Below, piece after piece: positions 31,799 through 41,833 of a stretch of 64,000 bases of DNA. Location: assembly GCA_963806535.1 (NCBI GenBank), contig CAWDYC010000008.1:1-64000 (forward strand). Direction: 5' to 3'. The stretch comes from Candidatus Bathyarchaeota archaeon. GTDB lineage: Archaea; Thermoproteota; Bathyarchaeia; Bathyarchaeales; Bathycorpusculaceae. Every line of letters begins with the position of its first letter. The first letter of the stretch is position 1. The notes under the pieces were generated by a model, which did not search any database, was not told the origin of the DNA, and worked only from the letters and a program-made list of their open reading frames with translations. The position numbers and the translations under genes were made by a program.

Positions 31799-31986
31799 AG
31801 GTAAATTCTTGTTAAATCCAAACTAACTCGATTGTTCAAGTATATTAGCTGTATCTTTAAGCGTGCTTTTTTCTCCATATTTTCGAGTTAAAATATATAG
31901 CTCAATAGGTGAAGCACTAAACTATAGTGGCTTGGACTCCTAAATAGTAGAAGGGTTTATCAGTTTTAGATTTCAATTTTCAATCA

Positions 31987-32217
31987 GTGAATTTTATGGA
32001 AGAAAAACACAGGATAATGAAAAAATCTTTTGATACAAAAATGCTTGTGGATGGAAAAGAGTTGCCTTTGAACAATTTTGTTCAAGAAACAATTGGCAAT
32101 ATTATGGCTGGGTTTTCCAAATCGCTCAAAGGAATCGATGCTGAATCTGAATTGATTGAAGTAAAAATTACGCGGTTACATAAACCGATGGATGTTGACG
32201 CGCATCTTTACCCTTAA
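31987..32217 (+). CDS. Stand-alone domain resembling the C-terminus of archaeal MobB
   Basis: VDGKELPLNNFVQE.I...M.GF..SLKG. Confidence 0.55.
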   Translation: MNFMEEKHRIMKKSFDTKMLVDGKELPLNNFVQETIGNIMAGFSKSLKGIDAESELIEVKITRLHKPMDVDAHLYP

Positions 32218-33002
32218 CTTACTACTTTTCTAAATTGATATAATGTTGCACTCATTGTTATTACGGCAACTAGCCCGATGACTCCCCATGCAGGCAGTAT
32301 TGTTCCCCATTGATAACCGTTGACGATCAATGCTCGGGTGGCGTCAACGCAGTAGCTTACAGGGTTAAACATTGAAACAGTTTTTACCCACGAGGGCAGG
32401 AAATTAAGCGGTAACAGCGCTGTACTTAGGAACAACAATGGGAAAGTGATTACTCCGCCAATCGCGAAAACCGTCTCAGAACTTCTGGTTTTCATGCCTA
32501 ACGCTAAAGAGATTCCTGACCACGCAAGGCCAAAGAATGCAAGTGTGAAGAAAATAAGCAGAATTCCGACAACCCCCGTGGTTACACTAAATGGAGTGTT
32601 TTCTCCTGCGCCTAAGACGTATGCTAACCCAAGAATTAGAGCTGTTTGGATAACCACTCTAAAGGCATCGCTGCTTAATCTGCCAAGCAGAATCGCAGGG
32701 CGACTCAATGGTGTCACGAGCATTTTCTGCAAAAACCCCGAGTCAATGTCGGCCACTATCGAGTTTCCCGACTGCAGTGCGCTTCCGAACGCGTTTTGCA
32801 TTACAATTCCAGCAGATGCAAACTCTAGATAACTTACTCCGTGTGGCAATATGCCCAAACCAGAAAGCCCCGAAAAAATCTGCGTGAACAGTACGAGGAA
32901 TAGAATGGGTTGGAAGAGGGAAAAGAAGAGCAATATAGGGGTTCGAACGAGTTTTGTCATGTACCTTATGAATATGTAACGGGTATCAGAGAGCAAAGTC
33001 AT
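32214..33002 (-). CDS. ABC-2 type exporter permease (DrrB-like)
   Basis: Six TM helices, LVTPLSR.AILLG and NPVSY.VDA.R. Confidence 0.9.
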   Translation of the reverse strand: MTLLSDTRYIFIRYMTKLVRTPILLFFSLFQPILFLVLFTQIFSGLSGLGILPHGVSYLEFASAGIVMQNAFGSALQSGNSIVADIDSGFLQKMLVTPLSRPAILLGRLSSDAFRVVIQTALILGLAYVLGAGENTPFSVTTGVVGILLIFFTLAFFGLAWSGISLALGMKTRSSETVFAIGGVITFPLLFLSTALLPLNFLPSWVKTVSMFNPVSYCVDATRALIVNGYQWGTILPAWGVIGLVAVITMSATLYQFRKVVS

Positions 33003-33005
33003 TTT

Positions 33006-34014
33006 TTACCGCCTCCCTCCAAACATTCTACCAGGAGCCTTGACGAGTTCTTCAGCTCGAATTCTTTTGCCAGTGTGCTTCAAAAAGACATCATCAAGCG
33101 AAGGCGAAGAAAACGTTACTGACGTAAGCCGAATGTCGCTGCTGTCTAGCGCGCGTACTATATCAGCAATTAGCAGACCTGCGTTTTTGGCGAAAACAGT
33201 AAGGCATTCTTCAGAATCCACAATTTCACTGACACCAGTCATTGATTTGATGATTTCTTTTGCTTTAGCGCTGTCTTCTTTGCAGTTTTCAAGAACAACT
33301 CTGATGGAGTCTGCGCCAATTTCACGTTTTAGCTCGAGTGGTGAGCCGCTTGAAACTATTTTTCCTACATCAATAATTGAAAGTCTTTTACATAGCTTAT
33401 CGGCTTCTTCTAGGTACTGCGTAGTTAGAAAAATTGTTATTCCTTCTTCTTTGTTTAATTTTTCCAAATAACTCCAGATGGCTGAACGGGATTGCGGGTC
33501 CAAACCAGTAGTAGGCTCATCTAAGAAATAGGAGTTTGGGCTTGTGAACCAAAGCAGTGGCTAGGTCCAGACGTTTTTTCATGCCGCCAGAGTAGTTTCT
33601 AGCGCGTTTTTCGGCGGCTTCTTCGAGACCTACGAGAACCAAAAGTTCGTTAACTCTTTTTTTGATTTCATCTCCATTCATCTGGTGGAAATGACCTTGA
33701 AGCGTGATATTCTCTCTTCCAGTAAGGTCACCGTCCACGGTTGTTTCTTGGCTTTGAACCCCAATGATCTTACGGATAGTGGCCGATTGTTTATCAACAT
33801 CATATCCAGCTATCGAAACAGTGCCAGATGTTTTCCTTAGAAGTGTGGTTAGAATCTTGATCGTGGTGCTTTTTCCTGCTCCGTTAGGTCCAAGAAAACC
33901 AAAGAATTCTCCTTCAGCCACCCTAAAAGAGATGTCATCAACCGCTTTGGTACCGTCAGAATAAACTTCAACCAGATTCTTTACGGTAATAATGTCGTCC
34001 ATAAACCTAACCAC
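33006..34014 (-). CDS. ABC exporter ATPase (DrrA-like), frameshifted near 33520
   Basis: GPNGAGKST, YSGGMKKR, DEPT.GLDPQSR across two ORFs, PSLDDVFL. Confidence 0.9.
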
Positions 34015-34121
34015 AACTAGTTTTGCAATTGATAAAATAACTATATGTGATTGCTAGCTAGCTACAACAGCGAGAAAGCGTAAGAGCAAAATAGAATTTC
34101 ATGGAGACGTTTTAATTCTAT

Positions 34122-34391
34122 TTATTTAATAATTAGATTACCTGAATGCTTTGATTTAGGCTTGTAGATAATGATTTGAATTTCCTCTTCTATTACCGCC
34201 AAATCATGTTTTCTAGTAATTTCTTTAATTTGTTGCCTACATTCATTATTCAAAACCGTTTTTATTCTAACTTTGTATCCAGTTGAAATAGTATCTTTAA
34301 GATTTGGCTCAACCAAAATAAATGAATTTGAATCCATTTTACATCTTGCGAGTAGTTCCTTCAGGAAAGAACTTGCTTCTTGCTTGTTCAT
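34122..34391 (-). CDS. Small conserved hypothetical protein (paralog of 35141)
   Basis: Shares EA.S.LKEL...Y...IK...DLAV.E...[YF]KP with 35141..35359. Confidence 0.75.
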   Translation of the reverse strand: MNKQEASSFLKELLARCKMDSNSFILVEPNLKDTISTGYKVRIKTVLNNECRQQIKEITRKHDLAVIEEEIQIIIYKPKSKHSGNLIIK

Positions 34392-34529
34392 TTTAGGGCT
34401 CTCTAATCATTAAAGACGCTGTTTATTTTTAAGATTTTGGATTTTCTTCTTATTATTTGTAAATATCCGATCAAAACTACATTTAGAAAAATCAAAAAGG
34501 TTAGAAGATTCTGGTAAATTGCTATTGAG

Positions 34530-34733
34530 CTATTTTTCGCTTCTGCACTTCTTTTCTTCGTTCATCAGTTCAGCCAAAGTGGAGGTAACGTAGGCTGAGA
34601 AGCTGTGAATGCCTTTTTTTATTGCATATTCTTCTTTGACTTTGAGCCATTCCTTGAAGAAGTAATCGTAAACTTCAGCTTTTACAGTTATACTTTTGTA
34701 GCCTTTCTTAGGCGTTTTTTGTTTCCCTCTCAA
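34530..34733 (-). CDS. Putative ribbon-helix-helix DNA-binding protein
   Basis: PKKGYKSITV strand followed by two helices (SFSAYV). Confidence 0.65.
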   Translation of the reverse strand: MRGKQKTPKKGYKSITVKAEVYDYFFKEWLKVKEEYAIKKGIHSFSAYVTSTLAELMNEEKKCRSEK

Positions 34734-34795
34734 GTTAGTTAGCGTACGTATGTTTATTTAAAGTTTCATGATAAACCAGTTTTTCTTCGTCATGC

Positions 34796-34830
34796 TTCAC
34801 CGTTAATTATATATTTAATTGTACGGTAAA
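34796..34830. promoter_or_regulatory. TATA box inside an imperfect inverted repeat (candidate operator)
   Basis: TTCACCGT-taattatatatttaattgt-ACGGTAAA between divergent RHH genes. Confidence 0.4.
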
Positions 34831-34852
34831 GTACTTGGGAGATTGGTAATTT

Positions 34853-34999
34853 TTGCCACGTAAAGGATACAAATGCATAACAGTAACAGACAAAGTTCAT
34901 GAAGACATCAAGAAAAGAGCCAACGAAACCAACCGCAACATAAGAGAATACGTAGAATACCTACTTACCAACGATAAGGTTGCCAAGAAAAGAGCCTAA
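34853..34999 (+). CDS. 48-aa ribbon-helix-helix protein (not in ORF track)
   Basis: TTG start after GGGAG; MPRKGYKCITVTDKVHEDIKKRANETNRNIREYVEYLL. Confidence 0.7.
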   Translation: MPRKGYKCITVTDKVHEDIKKRANETNRNIREYVEYLLTNDKVAKKRA

Positions 35000-35140
35000 G
35001 CATAGATCACATCTAACCATATTTGTTCATCGAGTTTTTGATTTGGGCTAAGTCTGCTAGCTTAATCCGCCGTTATGTCTTCGGGTTCAAATTGGAAAAA
35101 TCTTATAAGTCTTGTACGTTCATAAGCAATCGGTTGGCTC

Positions 35141-35359
35141 ATGCAAAGATACGAAGCAATTTCTCTACTAAAAGAATTAGACGCCGAACATTTAATTCAC
35201 CCATCGATGGTGCTCATTGAACAGAGAAAACCCGACAGATACGAACTCCAAATAAAAGGTTTTTATGATTTGGAATTAATCAAGGGATTTGCTAACCAAT
35301 ATGATTTAGCGGTTAAAGAAGATACAACAAAGGGATATTTGGTAGTTTTTAAACCTTAA
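35141..35359 (+). CDS. Small conserved hypothetical protein (paralog of 34122)
   Basis: Shares the motifs listed for 34122; TTATAA box upstream. Confidence 0.75.
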   Translation: MQRYEAISLLKELDAEHLIHPSMVLIEQRKPDRYELQIKGFYDLELIKGFANQYDLAVKEDTTKGYLVVFKP

Positions 35360-35450
35360 AAGTCAAGAATCGGTTTTATGTAACCTGAAACTTGAAAAGT
35401 TACTAAGTAATTTCAAAAACCCGAATTATGCCTCATTTCATTTCTTTTGT

Positions 35451-35826
35451 TTAATTTTTTCCTTTTGCAGATCCATTTCCTTTAGCCATACAATCCATTA
35501 TTTGCGAGCATAACATACACTCTTCAGGCATTTGCTGTTTGTGTTCCTTTTCACTCATGAATCCAAAATAATGTTTGCAGTCGGGTATTGTCTCTTGGTT
35601 TTTGTTGGGTTTTTCTTCGTTGATATCAGTTTCGGTACTCGTTTCTTCTGGCACATTGCCGCTTTCGATTTCAGGGAGGGTTATTTCTGTTAAGCAATAT
35701 GGGCATGCGTAATAGGGTTCTTTTGAGCTCTGTTGACGGTTTAGTGTTTTTAGTGGATTAGTAATAACTCTCTTGCATGCGTTATTGGGGCAGGTTAGCG
35801 TTACATTGTTTCTCGTTTTGGATCAC
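35451..35826 (-). CDS. Cys-rich two-domain metal-binding protein
   Basis: The frame extends upstream of the listed ORF (CPNNAC...YYACPYC) and ends in CKHYFG...C..C....C. Start uncertain. Confidence 0.65.
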
Positions 35827-36230
35827 CTTGCATAACTCTGCAATTATAAACTAAGAGTTAGCCTGCATTCAATATATTACGTCTTACTATATAATATTTG
35901 CGATGGGGGAACATAAAAAAAATCGAGACAGATATTTAGCCGTAGATTTGTACTTCAATAGACTTCGCCGAATTATAGAAGACCATTTATATACATATTT
36001 AGTATTCCGATTTAATATATTAAGACAAATTACTCAAGGAATTCAAAAATGCCGACACTTAAAAGCGATAACTTTGAATCGCAACAAGAAAAGGTGTCAA
36101 AATTGGACCATAAAATAGCCTGCCTAACTGAAGAAGTACAACTCATTGAAATGACACTCGATCTACTAAACTTAAAAAAACCACCTGATTAAGGGAAAAC
36201 CATAATGCCCCAATAAGAAGACTGTGTTGT

Positions 36231-36666
36231 TTGCTGCTCAGTCTATGCGTGATTATTGGTCCACTTGGAATTGTGCATGCAACAACGGAAAGCCTCAACG
36301 TTGAAGCGAGCAAAGAACTTGTTTGCAAAATAGATGTCTGGTCCCAAGATAAAGTTCATCTAGCATTTGTAACCACGGGTCAATCATCTAGCAACTTAAG
36401 TTTTTCAATGAAGCATCCAAACTCTACGGTCACTAATCTTGGTGAGCTAGACCAATACTCTACCAGATTTACATCTGACGTCCAGGGAATATGCGAGTTG
36501 CATTTTGACAACGCTAATTCTTCTGAAAGCTCATTCGTAGCCCTCACTACAATGTCGAACACTACTTTTTCGGAATGCCCGAAATGATAGTTGTTTTAAT
36601 GGCAATAGTAGTTCTATTGATGGTCTTGTGTCAGGTTACATCATAATGGGTAAGTACACTAATTGA
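36231..36666 (+). CDS. Secreted beta-sandwich (GOLD-like) protein with C-terminal TM, frameshifted
   Basis: Signal peptide, FSMKHPN...F.....G.CELHFDN, and a hydrophobic tail in a shifted frame. Confidence 0.55.
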
Positions 36667-36886
36667 AGAAACGCCCTCAAATACGTGCCTGGTTTCTTGG
36701 TCGATCTACTGATGGAAACTTAAAAGCTTAGCAATTTTGCCAATGCGAAATAAATAAAAAGATCAGTATTCTGATAATCATCATATTTACAGATTCACAA
36801 TAGGCGTTAATATAGTCATTTGAGTGGTTACTTTGTTTTAAAGGCTACATAATTCGCCTCAAAAAAATGATCCTCAGTAAAGTTAT

Positions 36887-37243
36887 ATGAAAATGAATAC
36901 GGGACAACAAAAGTTTGACCAGTTATTTCTTGAAGCTATCGACGAAGTGTTATCCTCTTTAGGCGAACCGGTAAAGAATCACTTGTATACCCATTCGAAA
37001 AACGATTTTTTAATTTCAAAGGATGAACTCCCACAAAAAATAGAAGAATTTTCCAATTTTCTATTCAGAATTTTTGGCTCAGGCGCCCACCATCTTGAAA
37101 TAAAATTCATGCAAACGCTATATGCAAAGATTAGAGCTGACCAAAATGTTAAACATAAGCCAATTGTTTTCAAAGAAATTGACCTGACCTTCTTAAATTA
37201 TGTAAATAAAATGCGAGAGAGCTTTGAGATTTCAAGGCACTAA
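36887..37243 (+). CDS. NitrOD5/DUF3227-like helical output domain protein
   Basis: LEAIDEVLSSLG..VK..LY...IEEFS..L..IFG.GA..LE; paralog of 41834. Confidence 0.7.
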   Translation: MKMNTGQQKFDQLFLEAIDEVLSSLGEPVKNHLYTHSKNDFLISKDELPQKIEEFSNFLFRIFGSGAHHLEIKFMQTLYAKIRADQNVKHKPIVFKEIDLTFLNYVNKMRESFEISRH

Positions 37244-37308
37244 AGAGCGCCAAACCTAAATTAGCTTAAAGTTACCAAGTTTGCATTTTTTTCGCATTTT
37301 TAGTTGAA

Positions 37309-39609
37309 TCAGAAATGGTAAAATTCCTTGAGTGTTCTTTGGCTTTGTTCTCTTATCGCATCATAAATTGAATTAGTTGTGTAACCTTCGAAGCTAAGCA
37401 GGTTTGCAGCTGACGAGTAAAGAAGCATAAGATATTTTGCTGTATCTGGCTCCACACCTTTCTCGATTAGTTGAGCTGCTTTAACTCTGCGTTCATGCCG
37501 CTTATCTTTGGAATGAGTAAAAAGGAACTGTACACTATTTCCTGCATGAACTTCTGTGCCTTCTTTGATTAGGTGCTCAGCGGCGATGACTTGGCTAACG
37601 TGTTGGCGGTATCGTTCTGGTTTTCTTGACATACGTTTGGCTATTATCAAGTCCTCAACCGGCACTTCACCATCTATGAGTTTTTGCCGATATCTTCGCA
37701 CCACATTCAAAGCCAAAGGAATTTGTTTGCGTAATTCAGCTGTGTTATTAGCCGTTGCCATCGTGTCAATCATTTCTGTCTGTGCTTCAAACACAAAGCG
37801 CGGCGTGTCTCTTCTGCGGATTTCTAAGCCTCTTATTTTGATTTTGCCATCTTCCATTACCCCATAGTAACGGTTTAGCACACCTACCCTTGAGTGCATT
37901 CTGGAGGGCAAGAAAACGATCCATTTGTAGCGACCCCCAAAGCTAATGGGTATGTCTGTTTGCTTAGTTATTGTTTTGCAGAGGTTTTCGTAGTCGTCTA
38001 AGCTAGCGTCTGGTTTTTTGAGCCAAAGTGAATCCACAATGCCATGAATTACTTCAAATCCCTGCTCTTCTGCGGTATGTGACGCATTTAGTAGTGCTTC
38101 TCTGCCAAAAGCACAAACTCCAATGTGGCCATCTACTGTGCCGAATTTGGCGTTTTTGTAGCCAAGGTAGCCAAAACAGGTAACTAAGATCCATTTAAGG
38201 GCAATCTGCCGATTATCGTAGACTTCTCTTAGGTGCGGGTCGGAGGCTCCTTTTTTCATTTTCTTGTAGTAAATACGTTTGTCTACTACGAATCTTAGAG
38301 TTTTAGGGACAATACCAGTGCGTTTGTTGCATATGTGATAGTTTAGTTCTGGAATGCGTATGTGCGAGTCTTGGCAACATTTGCAAAGAACCGTTTCGGC
38401 GGAGATGTTTTTGTCTGCCATTATGCTGGGGTACATGCTACTGAAGTCCACTTCGCCGACAAAATCGTGGGCACCTACTTTGGGTTCATATACCATTCCT
38501 CCGCGGTCGCCAACGAGGAGATTAAAGGCGGATTTGAAGGCTTCAGGGATGCTTTTGTTTCTTGGAATAAGTACATCGTCTTTTATGGCTTGGTAGAATT
38601 GGAGCGAGGACATACTTGAGCCTATAGAATTGCGTGCGGCAGTATGCAGAGGCACACGACAAATTCTGGCAATCTCTATCAACCCGTCGAGTCCTGCCTC
38701 AGATAAAATGAATGTGTTGCTTTGGTCGATGTGGATTCTTCCATAAAGACGGATGGGGTCAGCTCTGTAAAAGGTGCGTCCATATGAGAAGAATGTTTTA
38801 CCAGAAGGCGTTTTCGAGGAAAAAGGTGTATCATCTCTGCTTAAAGTAAACTTGTCAATAACATTGTTTATAGTTGCTCGCTCTGTTAGGTAGGGAAAAA
38901 GGTGTGAATCGCCGCCAGAAGTCACCAATATGTCTGGGTCAAGTTCTTTGACTACTTTCACTAGCTGAAGAAGTTTTTCCGCTTCATCATCCGAGTCAAT
39001 TTCTATTTCTTGCCGCTCTTGGCAAACCTGAATTATACCGATTGAGTCTTTAAAGTCAGCGATTCTTTTCTTTTTGGCAATCTCTACCTCTAATTTCAAA
39101 ACTCTCAATGGCGGAACAGTATAATCAGTGCTGACTACAGAATCAAGTAGTGTGTATTGGAGGCTTGGTTTTTCCACTTTGACTTCTACAAATGCAAGAG
39201 GAAAAATGTCGTGGCTAAAAAAGTAGGCTCGGTCGCCTTTCAAGTCGCAGTTAGAAACCTGATAACGCAAAAAATCGCCAAGTCTAAGAATATTATTCGT
39301 CAGAGCCATCGTTCTTCTGCAGTCTCTAAGCTCAAGCTCCAGCACTTTGCTTTTCTCAGAATCTGTAGGCTGAGCATACTTGTAGGTAAAACACCATTTT
39401 AGCACGTCTGGGTTGTTATAGAGTTTGCCAATTAAGGGATCAATGCATTCTTGCTTTGATGAAACGTAAATCTTAGGATGAAACCTGTCGGTAAAGCGGA
39501 TTCTTTGACCAGTCTCGCTAATAATCCAGACTGAGATCTCACCTTCGCTAGAAGGGTAGGCATCAAGTACCCAGCCTCTAATTTTGCAAGAACTACTAAT
39601 TGACAGCAC
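37309..39609 (-). CDS. Family B DNA polymerase, PolB2/Dpo2 type
   Basis: DFSSMYPSI, KWILVTCFGYLGY, HGIVDSLW (replacing YGDTDS), degenerate Exo motifs, C-terminal PIP-like QRTLKEFY. Confidence 0.92.
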   Translation of the reverse strand: MLSISSSCKIRGWVLDAYPSSEGEISVWIISETGQRIRFTDRFHPKIYVSSKQECIDPLIGKLYNNPDVLKWCFTYKYAQPTDSEKSKVLELELRDCRRTMALTNNILRLGDFLRYQVSNCDLKGDRAYFFSHDIFPLAFVEVKVEKPSLQYTLLDSVVSTDYTVPPLRVLKLEVEIAKKKRIADFKDSIGIIQVCQERQEIEIDSDDEAEKLLQLVKVVKELDPDILVTSGGDSHLFPYLTERATINNVIDKFTLSRDDTPFSSKTPSGKTFFSYGRTFYRADPIRLYGRIHIDQSNTFILSEAGLDGLIEIARICRVPLHTAARNSIGSSMSSLQFYQAIKDDVLIPRNKSIPEAFKSAFNLLVGDRGGMVYEPKVGAHDFVGEVDFSSMYPSIMADKNISAETVLCKCCQDSHIRIPELNYHICNKRTGIVPKTLRFVVDKRIYYKKMKKGASDPHLREVYDNRQIALKWILVTCFGYLGYKNAKFGTVDGHIGVCAFGREALLNASHTAEEQGFEVIHGIVDSLWLKKPDASLDDYENLCKTITKQTDIPISFGGRYKWIVFLPSRMHSRVGVLNRYYGVMEDGKIKIRGLEIRRRDTPRFVFEAQTEMIDTMATANNTAELRKQIPLALNVVRRYRQKLIDGEVPVEDLIIAKRMSRKPERYRQHVSQVIAAEHLIKEGTEVHAGNSVQFLFTHSKDKRHERRVKAAQLIEKGVEPDTAKYLMLLYSSAANLLSFEGYTTNSIYDAIREQSQRTLKEFYHF

Positions 39610-39955
39610 TCAAATTCTCCCCAAAGCATTAACAATTAAACCCTGGCTTTCTCCTTGGTCGTTTGGTCGTAAACCAAAGGACTTGCGCTTATTCTCAAAA
39701 TTCTTTAAAAAAGAATCGCCCAAACGACTTAAGCGATAAGTGGAGAGGTCTGTGAAAATGAATGAACCTCGCCAAACTGGACACGTTTCTAAGAAATGTG
39801 TCCGTGCACCCCAATACCCAAATGTTTCATCTAACGGCTAAATAAACGTCGAAATCAGAACCAGAAATATGTCCTTTCAGTGCTTCCGAGGTCTTGGATT
39901 GATGTCATGAAAAAACTCAGAACAGCTGTGCCGGCAAAGAGCAAGTCATTAAGCT

Positions 39956-40081
39956 TTATCTTGACTTTTGTCTTTCTACTCTTTCAAGTTTTTTCTTCTT
40001 GCGGGCATCTTCCCGCTCTTTCTTTTTTCGAGGCTGAGGTTTTCCCCGATCTTGTTCTCCTGTTTCTCCTCTTTTACTCAT
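39956..40081 (-). CDS. Possible 40-aa highly basic protein
   Basis: MSKGETGEQDRGKPQPRKKKEREDARKKKKLERVERQKSR after removing one A from a run. Confidence 0.35.
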   Translation of the reverse strand: MSKRGETGEQDRGKPQPRKKKEREDARKKKKLERVERQKSR

Positions 40082-40190
40082 CGCAAAGCCTGCCTTCAGA
40101 TAAAATGAACTACTCATTCTCCTTTGTAAATCTGTTCCTTGTCTTCTACAAACAATTCAATAGAGTTTTAGAGAAAGAAAACAAAGAAGA

Positions 40191-41166
40191 CTAAAAACAC
40201 TCTTTTTGATTGGGTGTTTCAATCTTCAGCTGCTTCTTTAGCGCCTTGTATCTGTTTCTAACTGTAACTTCTGTGACTCCAGCTGCTTCCGCGATGTCTT
40301 TTTGCGTTATCTTTTCGTTATTCTGAAGACAAGCTATGTATAGTGCAGCTGCAGCCATGCCCATCGGATCTTTTCCTGCTGAAAATCGTTTTAGTCTAGC
40401 CTCTCTTAGTATTGCTATGGCAGTGCCTTGTGTTTTGCCTGACACTCCGTTCTTTTCCGCAATTTTTGAAACGTAAGTTAACGGGTCAGAAATTGGCATG
40501 TGAAAATCGAGTTCTTGAAGCAGCAGTCGATAGCATCGGGCAACATCTTTCTTATCTACAAGACTAGCTTCAGAGATTTCGCGAAGGGTTCTGGGTGATC
40601 CGCTTTTGCGGCAAGAAGCATAAATTGCGGCTGCTGCGACTGAGTTAATTGATCTTCCCCGGACTAAGCTTTGTCTAATGCCCTGCGATAAATTACTGCG
40701 GCTTTTTCTTTTATGGGTGGTGAGATAGAGACTTTGCTTGATAAACGTTCAAGTTCAGCCATTGCTTGGGCAAGGTTTCGATCGATGGATGAATGCACTC
40801 GACTGCGTATTTGCCATTTTCTAAGACGCCACATCTGCAACCTAGTGGAAATGGGCAGTTTTCTTCCAAATGCGTCTCTGTCAACTTGGCTAATGGTTGT
40901 GGATAATCCTTTATCATGAATTGAATATGATGTAGGCATACCAACGCGGCTTCTTGAGGTTTTCTCTTCCTGGGTAAAAGCACGCCATTCAGGCCCTTTA
41001 TCTAACATCTGCTCATACAAAACAAGACCACAGTCACCACATATGGTTTCACCTGAGTCATAATCGTGAACGAGATTTTTGCTTTAGCATTCTGGGCAAT
41101 TATCAGTTAAATGTATGAAGCTTCTTTGGGGCTTCTTTGGTTATACTTACTTGGTGTTATACTCAT
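40191..41166 (-). CDS. tfb: Transcription initiation factor IIB, frameshifted
   Basis: CPEC..CGDC Zn ribbon, GPEWRAF, RLRKWQ.R, two cyclin repeats, GVTEVTVRNRYK. Confidence 0.95.
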
Positions 41167-41352
41167 TTTTCCAACTCAATTTACTTGCCCAGAATCGTCA
41201 CTAAATCATAAAATCCCCACGTTCGGCACTTAGAAAAGTGATAATGCGATCTGCGCATACTAAATATGTGAAGGTGTACCTATTATACATGACTTGCATT
41301 TTAAACAATTATGATGGGCGACATTGCTTGCTTCCATCTCAAGTTTTGATAT

Positions 41353-41832
41353 TTACCTATCAGCGTACATTTTTTGCCGCGCTGGACTTTGCATGTTTGG
41401 GTGCATGGCTCTTGTTTCAATGAACTCAGCTACCTTTTGTTCGCAGAAATTCTTTTCTTCTTTCTGTAATCTCAACTGCTCTTTCACCAAGTTGAGTAAT
41501 TTCTCAACGTCAACAGGCTTAATCAAATACGCGTCGGCTTTCTTGTTTAATGATGATATTGCATTCTGCATTGACGGGTAACCTGTAATCATTATTTTTC
41601 TCGTCTTAGGCACATTGCTTTTCATCAGTTTCAATAAGTCTACACCTTCCATGTCAGGTAATCGAATATCCAAAAACGCAACGTTGTAAGACGTTTTTTG
41701 AGTCATTTCGATGGCTTCATTACCGGTCGTTGCCAAATCAACAATGTACCCTTCATTTTCAAGAATGAATTGCATAGTTCTCCTAATCGGCTCGTCATCA
41801 TCAACGACTAAGACTCTAACATACTTGTCCAA
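41353..41832 (-). CDS. Response regulator receiver protein
   Basis: VLVVDDD, phosphoacceptor LDIRLPDMEG, ITGY and KP motifs. Confidence 0.92.
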   Translation of the reverse strand: MDKYVRVLVVDDDEPIRRTMQFILENEGYIVDLATTGNEAIEMTQKTSYNVAFLDIRLPDMEGVDLLKLMKSNVPKTRKIMITGYPSMQNAISSLNKKADAYLIKPVDVEKLLNLVKEQLRLQKEEKNFCEQKVAEFIETRAMHPNMQSPARQKMYADR

Positions 41833-41833
41833 T

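Noticed and set aside
12168-33964. Numerous antisense ORFs overlapping hppA, proB, the hydrogenase and ABC genes
   Set aside because: They are shadow frames of well-supported genes and have no motifs.
39612-39840. Remnant of a PolB2 partner gene
   Set aside because: An open frame of about 75 codons exists but has no convincing start or recognisable motif.
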